Source: Lama guanicoe (lineage: Eukaryota). From it: 64,000 nt of DNA. The stretch spans positions 5,109,770 through 5,173,769 of the forward strand of contig MU054466.1 in NCBI GenBank assembly GCA_013239625.1. Direction: 5' to 3'. Shown here one piece after another: positions 1-11,958 of the stretch (the stretch's first letter is position 1; every line of letters starts with the position of its first letter). The notes under the pieces were generated by a model that had not been told where the DNA came from, made no database searches, and worked only from the letters and a program-made list of their open reading frames with translations. The position numbers and the translations under genes are program-made.

Positions 1-1149
1 CAGTGGCCAGGAGGAACTGTCTGCCTCTCTTACAGAGTCTAACGAAATGGGGAGAGATAGAAACGGAACGAAGGACAAGCACGGAAGTGGCTGCACACAA
101 CCAATCCGGAGTCGGTAAATTCTGAGACCCCCTCAGTGAGGCTGGCCCGGTGGGAAGATGGGAGCAGAGCCCCAGGGAACCTCCAACGGACAAAACATCG
201 CACCACTGGTGGTAAAGGGAACGCTCTGAATGTCCGAAGCAGCTGCCGAGAAGCTTCTAGATTCTTGTTTCTACAATCTCCCTCGGCTCTAACTTAGCTT
301 AGCCACATGCAAGACTGGAAAGAACCAGCGGACACGCCCCCATTTGCAAACAGGGGCTTTGAAGATGCTACTGACAACTAGTGGGTAGATGCCAGGGATG
401 TGATTCAAAGGGGCGGAAAATCTTCTAAGACAACAGCAAGGACAAGGATTTCCTGAGATGTGTCTGACTCTCCATGAAGATTTGGGGGTTTAAAAAAAAC
501 GAAACCCTTAAATAGCTCATCTTCCAAAAGAAAGAGATTTTGAATGGAGGTATAAGATGTTGCTGGAACGACCAACACTGCAGTGCCTGAGCTGGGCAGT
601 AGCCCTATCCCACCAAGCAGCAGGTGGAGAGTGTGGAGAGGTCAGGACTAGATGCTCAGATTCCAGACAGCAGCCCTGTGCGCGTGCTGCTAGCACCCTC
701 TGCTGGCCATGGGGAAGACATGTGTCCACACCGTGTACCCGACCACGGTCACAAGGTGGTAGCTCTGTGTTGTCCTAGACAGAACAGTCCAGGAAAAAGG
801 GAGCCAAGTCAGAAGCAATTAAGCAAGAGGCACAGAACTACCAGCCGCCTCCACTGGCTCCCGTTGTTGGAAAGCTGCTTAGGATTCTCAGCCTCCACGA
901 GCTGTAGTTGCTAAATAGCTGCTCTGTCATTCCTAAACACTGATGATCGGGGTGGGGGGTGGGGGGGATTCGGAGAAAACACCTTGAAACAGCTCAGGCC
1001 TCTCAGCAACGTGGCTTCTCAGATACACTGGGCGTAGGCGGAGAATCTGCCCCTCCCCATCGCCTGCCCTGTCCCTACTCCAGGTGGAACCCCTGCCTGC
1101 AGGGAGGTACCAGCTTTGCCCTCAGCCCACCAGGAAAAAGAACTCCTAC

Positions 1150-4100
1150 CTTTATTGAAGAACATGGAGGCCATCTGTCCCATTTCCACCCGGTCTGTGA
1201 TCTCAAAAAGGTTCGGAGATCCACGTCTCTCTGTGGAGCCAAGAGGAAAAGAAGGGAAGTGGTTTTTTCACACAAAAAGCTCCTAGAAGGAGCTGCTGAG
1301 CTCACTGACTCCTCCAGAATGACGAAGTCCCAACGGTTTCAAACTCTTGAAAAAACTTTTCCTAATGCTTCTTGCTTGAATCATTTAAAAACGTCTATAG
1401 AAGGGGATCCCAGGGACGCTCACTGTCAGGGAAGAGGGAAAGTTCAGCCCTAGTTCATCTGGACTGTGTATATGTGTGTGCGCGTGCACGCATGTATGTG
1501 TACGTATGTGTGTGTTGGGATGAAAGGAAGGAGAGAATCAGAGACCCTACATTTCCCTTGCACTTTCAGCGTGCACCAGGAGTGGAGGTTAAGGGACCCC
1601 CCCAAGCTGCAGACGTCAGTGGTGGAGCTGGCGGAGGGTGCTCTGTTGTACTGTTCCTGGTGCCTTTGTAAGAGTCAATGCTTAGGCGGGAAATGCCAGA
1701 GGGTCTCTGTAGGGAGATTCCCTGGGCCCTCTCGAAGAGGAAGGGGAACGCTGCGGACCAGAGGGAAGCACGGGCCAGCCCAGAATCCCAAGACTTACGC
1801 ACAGACAGGATTGGCCGTTTCTCCGCCCGCTCGTAGTTGTCCTGGACAAGAACATCACTGTCGGAGGCCGTGGAGGAGTCGTCGTCTTCCTCCTCCTGGG
1901 AGAGGGTGGGATGGGGAGAAGGATGGGAACAAGGGAAAAAGAAGGACTATGTAACTCTACAGAAACCCCCGAGAATAATGGAGAGGCTTTGTTATTTCTT
2001 TCTAGAAGGCATCTGATTAGGAAGCTTTCAACACTTCCACGCTGTCACACTAGAAGGTGCAGACGTACTCAGAGGAGGAAGCTGCAGCCAGTTCCTGGGA
2101 ACACAGGTTCAGAATGACTGAGCCAGCTCAAGGTCAGGGGTAGGAGGGACCCATGAGGGGGCATTAAAAGAACAGAGGCTGCATCTGTTCTGGAAGCTGA
2201 TGTGGCTGATAACTTCAGCTCTGGGCCAAGGTCTTGGAGCAGCGTTATGGACAGGATCCCTCCACGCAATGGAAGGGAAAGGACTGGCTGCCGAGAATCC
2301 CACTTGGGCATCTGACTGCAAGGGGGCACTGCCCGGGGCCAGGGGTTACAGACATACCTGGTGGTTTTCCATCCTCTTCCAGTGGAGCTGAGCATTGGCT
2401 GCTGCCATGGCCTCCACCACAAACGTGGTAGTCACAAAGCTGCACAGAAGGCCGTGTGTTAATTGCCAAAGGCAGGTAGGAGGTTGGAGGAAGTACAAAA
2501 AAAAAGGAAAAGCCATTTAAACCTGACCCGACCAACAAGCCTGAAGCACTCTCTTTTCTGAGGAAGGGATGGGAACTCAAGAGATGTGTCTGACCTGATA
2601 AAAAAAAAAAGTGTGTGTGCATACGTGATGCCCTGCGTGCTCGCCCTGGCATCTCTGTCCGTATTTAGAATGTATTTCCAATGCATGGGAGAGGTGATGT
2701 GGGGGCAGTGAGGTACTGCACCCCAGAAGGGGCCTGTTGGGGGGCAGAGGTGGGAGAGATGGGAGGACAGATGCTATGTGATGCTCTGAGCGGGGAGGAG
2801 GAGGCTGATTCCCAAGGGCGCCCTCCCAAAGCTTCTGGGAAGGGCAGCAAGCAGCTCTTCCCTCTCCTTGCTGGCCAAGTGGTCAACCCCCAGTGACATA
2901 CACGAATGGGTGGAGCATAGGCGTGGATAACTGAAAAGGACACTTGTCCAGAATCTGCCTCTGCCCCTTTCTGGGACAGTGCTTTTACTTTCCTAATAAT
3001 CCAGCTAATGTTAAAATAAACCTGCATCTTTATAGCAGAATCAAAAGGGAGATTGGGAGATGGCACCAGATGTTCACTGAGAAATCAGATTAGAGTGAAA
3101 AATCATCTTTTCTTAAAGAAGTGGGGGAGACCTGGGTGATGCTGGGAATTTTCTCTTTAGCAGATGGTATGGGGGAGGGCCGCCTGCCTGCTGAGCACAC
3201 CTGAGGAATGATTCCATCCCTGCTGGAAGGACCGGGGATGGAACATTCATCTCCCTCTTTCTGGAGGTCGGCACACCTCTGCCTCCTGTCTTGACCTGGA
3301 GCACCTGGGTGCTGTCACCTGCAGCAGGCTGGCTGCTCAGCCTAGTAGGCAGGTGGCTGGGTGGGACAGGAATTAACTCACACCCTTAACTCACACCTGC
3401 TCCGGCTCTGTGGAGGGGGTGGGGCAACCAGCTCTGAGAAAGTCCCATTCCAGCCGCCTCAGCACCTCCTCGTGCGGTTTCTCATTATCTTGCCTAAGTG
3501 ACCATTTTAAGGGCTTTAGATTTTCCCTTCTTTTTGGAAGTAAAACTAAAATCAATCTTAATTAAGGCATCAAACGGCTTCTCATGGCTGCACAAAGCCA
3601 ACTCATTGATCATGTTCGGACATAAATGGGTTGAGCAGGGACGGGGCACGGCGGCCCCTACCTGGGGGCCCCCAGTAATCACTTCCCGTTCAGGTGGCTG
3701 CCTGCGCTGAAGGTCCTTTGAAGGGGACAGCAGAGTCACGGAAGGACAAGGACTTCTAGGGCTCTTGGCTGCCAGGGATTGCAGGATGTAATGAGCCAAC
3801 AGTACTCCAAGGATGGGCCACAAAACTCCCCGGAAGAAAATGTGCGAGCTCTGAAACACACGGGCATTTTCCTGTCCCACGCAGCCTCTTCTAGGTCTTA
3901 ATTTCCTTCAACTACTAAATTCTGTTTCATGCTTCCAGTGGTACCCACTCCTTCCTCCTTCTAATCTGCTGCCCTCCAAGGCCAGGGACCACCTACTTCC
4001 AGCTGCCATCACTCCACTCTCCTGACCCCCTCACCCCGCTGTTCTTTCCCCACGGGACTCATCACCTTGCCACTTACTCTGCACTTCACTGTCTTCACTG

Positions 4101-7100
4101 CCTACTGTCCATCTCTCCACAGGAGAGGCGAGTCTGCCAGGGCAGGTAACTCCGTTCAGTGGAGCTAAACCCCAAACCCTGGAGAACCCGGTGCCAGCTC
4201 TTTCGGGGGAGGAACCGTTGGCGGCGGTCCCGGGTGCTCCTTCCCACTTCTTTTCGGCAGCCTACCTTGGTTGGAGTTGGGCGGGTGGGAAATGCTTAGT
4301 CTGAAATCTCTTACTAGCCTGGGGTGTTTGCTAAACAAACTCAAACCTGCCCGTGAAATCCCTGAGGAGCGGCTCCCATAGAGGCACCAGCTGGTGGAGC
4401 CCAGGTGGATCCCGCACACCTGCCTGAAGGAGCAGGTGCCCCTGAAGGCTAGGGAGGGCGCGGCCTATTTGCCACAAGGCACAAAGCCAGGGGAGAGTAA
4501 CACCTGATTATGTGTGCACCTGCGTGTTTATGGCCGACTCTGCCAATTATCTTACACAAACTCTGAATTCCTAACTGATTTCCCGGATCACCTTAAACGT
4601 TAGATTCTTTCTGTGGCTGGGTGGAGCTTTCTCCGTGAACACACGTTGATGGTAACATCAAGGACATAAAGGGGGAGGTAAACCAGCCAGGGAATAAACG
4701 GGTGAGCGCCACGTGAGCCACTTCGGAGCCTAACCGGAGGCCCGAGCTTTTAACTGATCGGGGTTTGGCAATGGCTCCATCGCACGAGACACTGAGAGCT
4801 CTGTGTCGCCCTTCCTCGCTCTAGGCCACCTAACTGGTTAGGACTGGCTTGCGACAGATGTCTTCCTCAGACCGATGAAGAGACGCTCGGGCTTCCCAAG
4901 TGGGCTCCCCTAGCTCTGCCCCCCCCCCCGGCTCCCAGCCCCCACGTGACAGCCTCTCACCTCATGAAGCCCAGAAACACCAGCAGGACCAGGCTGACAA
5001 GCCACCCGGCAGTGGCAAAGGCCTTGGGCATGGTGAGTGCACCGGTGCCCACGATGAGGTTAAACATGTACACCAGTCCGACCTGGAACCAAAAGAAGCC
5101 ACATTCGAGCCCAGAAATTAATTAGCTTCGCGCCCCCCACCTTTTCTCTCTACATCGGCTTTAACTATCCCAGCGGGACCAAAGGGGACTGTATTTCTCT
5201 TAGCACCAGCCTTTCTGCAGACCTCAAATCCAACTGCCTGCTAGTCACCTCCACCTGGACATCCCCGCGTGGCCGCAGCCTCCCTCCCTGCCCTCCGTAT
5301 CCCCATGCTAGTGGTTTTATTTCTGAAGACTCTTTTGTGGGCACCTCTGGCTCCCGTTCCATTTGCAGTTCAGATCAATCAGTTCTGGCCCAGACGATGA
5401 TGTAGGTTCCTAACTGGTATCCCTGTACCCCACAAAGTTGGTTGACTTACAGTTTGTTTTACCACTTGTTTCTCATCATTAAAAACAAAAGCCAAAACAC
5501 TACATCTCTGGAAACACCTGTCCATCTCTCATTTTCACTTCCCCTGCCTTAGAAACATGCGCTTATCTATATTTAAATTTTTTTCTAAGATAACCGTATG
5601 CTGCATCTTTAATCAGACACACAAATTAGGACCCTTGCTCCCACACTCAGTCAGATCTTTAAAATAGAGATGGGGAGCATCAGCTACCATTTTGGGGCCC
5701 TTGACAGGCAGGCAGGAGGGGCTGGGCAGTGATTAGGAAGGAACAGGCTTCTGGGCAGGTGCTGATTGATCTGAGTGCTGGACAAACGGGAGGGCATCTC
5801 ATAGGGAGGAAACGGCTCTGCCCAGAGTCCACTTACACTTGGCACTGGGCACCAAGCCCTCTGGAGCCTCCTGATCAGCCCCTCAACTCCCACCCACCAT
5901 TTTGGGCCCATTCAAGTGCTGCCTCCACCATGAAGCCCTCCTGAGTCTCAAAGCCCTGGATCAAGAACACTTCTTATGCCCTAGTTTGGGATTTTGACGT
6001 TGATGTGGTTTTTCTCCCCCGTTATTAAACCTGAGGCTTGTTGTGGCCTTGGCCTGTGTCTCACTTCTCTCTGCGTTTCTCGGGGTGCCCCAGGGACCTC
6101 AAGACGGGAATCTTCAATGGAGCTGGCTTGGGTTCTCTCTACCATAAGCTTGACGGCCGTTTTAAACATCACAATCTCATTCTGACCCCATAGACAGATC
6201 CCAGAAGGATTAAAACAGGTTTGAGCATCTTCTTGGAGCTCTTGATTGGATCACACTACCATGATGTGGATCCCCTGCGGGGAGTCCTGGCTGGGGGTGG
6301 TGTTATGAGAACACATGTGAGGGTGACAGCTGGCCTTCCGAAGTCCCCAGTGCTGACTTTTCACAAATGTGAACGTCTACAGACTAATTCTGACTTTTGT
6401 TGGGTTCCATCCCAATCACCGGCACTCTGAGCCTAGTGTATCCGAGGGCGAGGATTGGTAATAACCCACCCCAGTTCTGCTCATTCGCTCACTTAGTCAA
6501 CAACTACCAAGAGCCTTCCATGGTCCTGGCCCTGTGCTCAGAGTTGGGGGGGAGGGGGTGGTAACAGCGAGCAAGATGGACAAGGCCCTTGACCTTAAGC
6601 AGGAGGAGAGAGACAAGAAAGAAAACAAACAATGACCACCATGACGCACTGGCAAAGCATCATGAAGGAAGGAACCAGGGTACCATGACGGAGAATAAAG
6701 GAGAAGCCCTTCCAAGAGAGGTACTCAAGGAAGGCCTCGTGGTGACATTCACGCCGAATGAGCAGGAGCCGCCCAGGCAAAGAAGAGACTGCCAGGAAGG
6801 AAGGCCTAAGGCGGGAGAGGAGGATGTTCCAGGAGCCCTGAACCAGTGTGGCTGATGCACAGCAAGCCGGCCCGGTGCAAGGGGACAGGGAGTTCGACGT
6901 TCTGAAGGGTGGTAAGCAGGGCACTACAAGACCAGGCTCCAGTCGATGACCCCAGCCTGATCTCCCTGTAGCTTTGTTCTCTGCACCACTGCTTTTGTAA
7001 CACTTACGAAGGTTAGACCCTTACTTCTCTATAGAAAATGGCCCTGGTGATGGATCTCAGAATGAAAGGAAAGAGAAAGCAGAGAGGCCTAAGAAAGTGA

Positions 7101-10100
7101 TGATTTTTGGCCAAAAGTCTCCTGGGGGGAATGAAGCAGTACGAGACGCACATGTGAATTCAGGGATGCCTGAAGGTCTTGGGATGTAAAAGTCAAGGGT
7201 CTGTCATCAAGCAGGGTTTCTCAGCCTGAGCATTACTGACCTTTGGGGCCAGATCATTCTTCATTGTGGGGCCTGTTCTGTAGGATATTTAGCTGCATCC
7301 TTGGCCTCTACCCATTAGATTCCAGTACCCCCCACCCCTAACCTTGCCCCTGCGGTGTGACAATCAAAAAGGTCTCCAGACATTGCCAAATGTCCCCTGG
7401 GAGGCAAGACTGCCACCAGCTGAGAACCACTGCTGATAAAGGTACAATGAAATAAACATACTCCCAACGGAAGCTTCAAATAAATCTCAGTGAAAAAACC
7501 CTTTAAGAAGGGTTGACAAAGAAGTCAGTTAGGGATAAGCTGTTGGCAGTTAGGAGCAGAAGTGGGGAATCACATTTGACTTGGGTTGCTGCAATTTTTT
7601 TTTTTTAGTTCCAAAGCAAGTACTCTGGGGCTGTGGGGAACCCTGTAGGATAATGTATGACTTCCCCACTTTCCTGGCAAGAGTTAAACCCTCTTTACCT
7701 TCAGTGAAGGTGATGGGTAAGGACCAATCACAAAGAGCAGAGCATGAGACAGGAGGCAAATCTGAGCTGAGCCACAGGCCAGATGGAAGGTAGTTGTAGG
7801 GCAGGAGGAAGGGGAGGAGGGGCTCTCTTCTGCTGGTTAGGTGACGGTTCTGTGGGACAGCCTCCCGGGAAGTGTGACCAAAAGCCAAGGAGCAGAGCCC
7901 TACTGCGGTCTTGATAAAGAAGGCCTGTGCAAACTGAAATTCCTCCCTTTCTCAACTCTTCCTCTGTGGCTGAGCTGGAGAAGACACACTCCCTGTCCCT
8001 TGAGATGGCTGACCCGCCCCTCCTGTGCTCTAGGGAGTGCAGTGTGGCGCTCCCGCGGCCTCACCTCCGGCTCAGCGGCCTCGCCCACAGGTGTGCATGA
8101 GGCTGGGGTCACGGGCATCTTTCAATGGCTTCCTCAAGGACAGCTATCAAAGGAAATAGAAGGCAGCAGAGATGCCGAAGCAATGACTAGGGTTTCAGGC
8201 TGTGAAACAAGTGCCTTTTCTTTTGAGAACAACAGCAACAATCTTCAGCCAGACCGGCCAGCAGAAGGCAGTCCGAGGAGCCACCCTTTTGTAGGTGGTC
8301 ATCCCCTTCTTCCACTGTTCTGATGGCATGATCTCTCCAATGGCCCCATGAACAGGGAAACATACATGCCAGATCTGAGATCACTTAAGGGCGACGCACA
8401 GGCCCGAGCCACGCCCGTGTGTCCAGCACCTTCCCTGGGAGGGTTTGCTTTCCGAGTCCCCTGCAGAGGCTCGGCTGCCCATTACAAATATTTTATGCAG
8501 AATAACGCAGGCTAGGCAAACACCCCTGACACCCATGAGGGGAAAAGAATTCACTAAGGGCAACAAAGAGGTAGGGAGAGGCTTTGTGTTGACAATGACC
8601 AGGTTACCAGCTGATGCACCTTCAGGAATTAAGCGCTCAGCATCACGGTCTCCCAAGGCACCAGAGGAGGTTCTGCCTATGTTGTGCTGAGCAGAGGAAT
8701 TCAAAGCAGCATGGGTAGTGAAGTCCATTCCTCAGCCTCTCTGGGCTCCATGGATGGTGCACCCCACACCCTTCTCGTGGTCTCACAAGGGATCAAGAAT
8801 CATTCTCCCAGGATGGCAGAGTTAAGGAAACCTCAGGCAGAAGGTATGCTCCCTGCTCAAACCCTGACCACTAACTCCTGGTTAATGTCACCTCATCCTC
8901 AGCTCTCCCCACCTCTCTCTTCACCAGCAGAATAAGAGAATACAAGCAGCTGTACGGCAAATGCCCAGAGGAGGCTCTCAAACACAGCCCTCGAACCAAA
9001 CCAAACACATTGGAAATGGAAAAAAGAAATTTAAAAAGCAGAACGTGCTGAGGCTTTTAGGTCTCACTGTCCCACTTCCCGTGGGCACAGGCTGATGTGT
9101 GAAATGATCACCGAACAGCTGGAGGCACAAGAAAAGCGGGCATGTCAAAGATTTTCCTTCCCAACACTCAGTTATAAAAATAACTCATTTCCTCATCTCT
9201 AAGCTTACAGATGTTGTAAGATGAAGCAGGAACCGTAATGACTCTTACGGACAGTTGTGGACAATGCTGATACCAAGAGGAGGCTGTGGGCTGTCACACA
9301 ATTCCACAAATGAGAAGGACATCATGTGACTCATTGCAAGGTTCAAGAAAGATGCCCCTGATAAATCATTGAGTGGAAGGAGCTCCCTTGATGTTACCCA
9401 CGAAGCAGGAAGACCCAGACTCAGACCCAGACCCAGCAGGAAGGCCCCGGTGTGAGGAAGGGTTTTTGCCTGCTGTTCTCAGAGGTGCTTCCCTATCCAC
9501 CATCCCACAGCTCCAGAGTTCTGTGAAGCTAGCAGAAACAGAGCAGGGATCCCCAGGCTAGAAAGGCAGGTGCAAAGCAGGGCAGCCATTTAAGGTTAGG
9601 AACTTTCTAGAAAGAGGGGTCTTGCTACTTAAGGCAGTGCTGCCTTTCCCCAGAATACTTGGTAGCAACATGAATCAATCACTTGATTATTCCAATCCTC
9701 CAGCTACTTATCCAGAGGCCTCCATGATGTAACCATGACCCACCTTATATTACAAAATGAAGATAAACTGAGTGTATGTGTGAGCGGTGGGAGTTTGGGG
9801 GTGTAATAAAGACCCAAGACGGTGAGAAATCAATCATTCTAATTGTCCTAATTACAGACTCCACCAAACTGCAACTGGAGGTCTCTGCAAGCTTTCTCTG
9901 CCTCTTACGCCATCCAAGACTATAAAAATTGTGCAACTTAAAATTCAGCTAAGAAGCAAAGTGGTTTCAAACTGCTGAGAGGAGCAAAACCCAGGGTCAG
10001 CATCAGTCAGCCTCTGTCCATTTGAACTGGGAGCGCAGGTTGGAAGGGGTAGCAGCCCTCAGATAAATATAAAGAGCCAGCAAGTCAGTTTTCTTTTCTT

Positions 10101-10346
10101 GACCGCTCTGTGATCAACATGTAAAGAGTGAACAAACCTGACTCTCTTAATATGTTCAACATGGCTGCTGCGGAATAAGGTTCCCAGACCCTGGCTATAA
10201 AAGCCGCTGGGCTCACAAGTACAGTCCACATGAGGCAGTGTGCTTCTCTAGAAGCCAAGGGCACTGATGTGGGCAAAACAGGCTCTGGAAGCAAAACTCA
10301 CGTAGGGAGAATAGAGCTCCCCGGTCTCTGTGATTTCGCCCGCCAT
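1150..10346 (-). CDS. TMEM104: Transmembrane protein 104 (SLC38A12-like amino-acid transporter fold), first five coding exons; the gene continues beyond the window's left edge
   Basis: Minus-strand coding exons: 10346-10302 (MAGEITETGELYSPY), 5082-4961 (VGLVYMFNLIVGTGALTMPKAFATAGWLVSLVLLVFLGFM), 2439-2358 (SFVTTTFVVEAMAAANAQLHWKRMENHQ), 1895-1799 (EEEDDDSSTASDSDVLVQDNYERAEKRPILSV), 1230-1150 (QRRGSPNLFEITDRVEMGQMASMFFNK). All have GT-AG boundaries and phases join in frame. Matches the recognised mammalian TMEM104 N-terminus. The ATG exon starts at 10409 after a ...ttcttag acceptor. Confidence 0.95.
1465..1515. repeat. 51-nt uninterrupted alternating purine-pyrimidine tract (TG/CG/TA)
   Basis: tgtgtatatgtgtgtgcgcgtgcacgcatgtatgtgtacgtatgtgtgtgt in a TMEM104 intron. 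Confidence 0.85.
7212..7432 (+). mobile_element. MER20 DNA transposon (hAT-Charlie)
   Basis: Terminal cagggtttctca...tgagaaccactg and internal tgtgacaatcaaaaaggtctccagacattgccaaatgtcccctggg match the recalled MER20 consensus; about 220 bp. Confidence 0.85.
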
Positions 10347-10949
10347 TTCCAAAAGCGAGGAAGGGTCCGTCGGCAGCCAAGGCTCCTTCTGTTCCGGGGA
10401 GGCGGCTCCCTAAGAAAAGAGTAGACTTCAACTTTCTGATGAACTCAGATGGGGGTAGGGGAATGTCTGCAGAGCCACTCCCTCCCTGTCCTTTAATCAA
10501 AGACACTTATGGTCTCAGTATCAGCCACAAGACAGTCGAGAGGGAATGGTCCCTCTGTAAGACTAACGCCTGGGTGGTTTCTTCTAACTTTTTCCTTGCT
10601 GTGCAGGGCATGAATGTATTCTACGCCGCTCACACTCCAAGTGATTTGACGGGCCTCAGAGGCCATTAGGTCTCGCCCACCACAAGCATCCCATTTACAC
10701 ACCCTGCTTATCCCCATTTAATGCCAGGAACAGCGAGCTCACTACCATGCAGGGCAGCCAAGTGACTGCGTCTACCGTCTAGGGCAAGGGGCTGGCGGCT
10801 TTCCCAGGTGGGCCCCCAACCCAACTCTTTGCCCCAAAGCCTCTCCTTTTTAACGGGGCCTCCACTCCACGTCCCCCAACCTACCTTAGTGCTCCCCACT
10901 CTCAGCCTCCCCCTCTTCTCAAGAGCCCGTCTCCGAACCTCTCCCCCAT

Positions 10950-11420
10950 TTCTTCCTTCCTCCTGGAGGAGCCCCGAGTCTGGCACGACCCAAGCCCATA
11001 CCACCGTCCCGCCCGGCCCAACACCTGCAGCGCAACTTGCTCTGGGCCGCTGCGGCCGCCGTCTCAGGATCCTGGGTTGCTGCCGGCGCCAGCTGTCCCG
11101 CACCAGCGCCCACAGCGCGCATGCGCCCGCGCCGGGAGCCCACCTTTTCAGCGCGAGCCTTGGGTGGGGCTCACGGCACTGATTGGGCGCCTCGCGGAGG
11201 CGGGACCGGATTGGGCCCCGGCGGCTGCCGTCTGCGTGGCGGAAGTGGGCGGGGTACGCTCCCAAGCGCATGCGGAACGGGAGGCCGTCCGTCAGCTGGG
11301 AGAGCGGGCCTGGTTGGAAGAGGTGGGTTCCACCTGCTAAGGACAGTTCTGTCGGCTAGGAGTGGGTGTGAACTCGGCCGACCCGGGACTCCATTGGTTG
11401 CGGGGTTTCTAGGAGAGAAG
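10950..11420. promoter_or_regulatory. Bidirectional CpG-island promoter shared by TMEM104 (minus) and NAT9 (plus)
   Basis: CpG-rich. NRF1-type GCGCATGCGC at 11117-11126 and GCGCATGCG at 11266-11274, ETS/GABP CGGAAGTG at 11240-11247, GC box at 11247-11254, inverted CCAAT (GATTGG) at 11181-11186 and 11209-11214. Lies between the divergent first coding exons. The non-coding first exons cannot be delimited exactly; a candidate TMEM104 exon-1 donor is at 11001-11000. Confidence 0.85.
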
Positions 11421-11958
11421 GCTGTAGCTTCTCGCAAAGGGGAAGGGATTGAGGCTTTAAGCCTACCTCACCTTAAAGTGGTCAGGGAGGCCCAGATGGC
11501 TTGGGGAGCGGAAAGAGGGAGGGCCGGAGACCAGTGGCGTGCTGGGAAAAGGGCTTGGAAATAGATTTAAGACAAGGCTGAAAATTAACCCGAGGGCGGA
11601 GTCTCAGGACTGGGGCAAATGATGGGAGTTTTGGTGAACCTGGTGCCCGGGTGTGAGGCATCGAAGTTCTGCGAGATGGGGCGGAAGGGACAGGCAGAAT
11701 AGGCAGCCCATGTTTGGCTCCTTGAGATGTGAGTCCAGGATTGTTTAATTATCTTTAACCAGCCAGGTTCCTCTTCTTGCAGGGGTTTAGAGTCTGCGTT
11801 CTCAGAAGTGTTTGAAAAGAAAGAGAGAAAGAAAGAAAGAAGCTCTTCTGACAGTTTAGCCCCAGAAGAGAGGAAATTGAAAGCCCGGGCTCCTACCCTA
11901 AGTGGGAGGAAAACTCAGAGTGCTGATACCTTTGCCCTCCCACCTGCAGGCTGCTACC

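Noticed and set aside
10708-11564. 187-aa and 175-aa ORFs at the TMEM104/NAT9 promoter
   Set aside because: CpG-island artefacts with no homology to known proteins.
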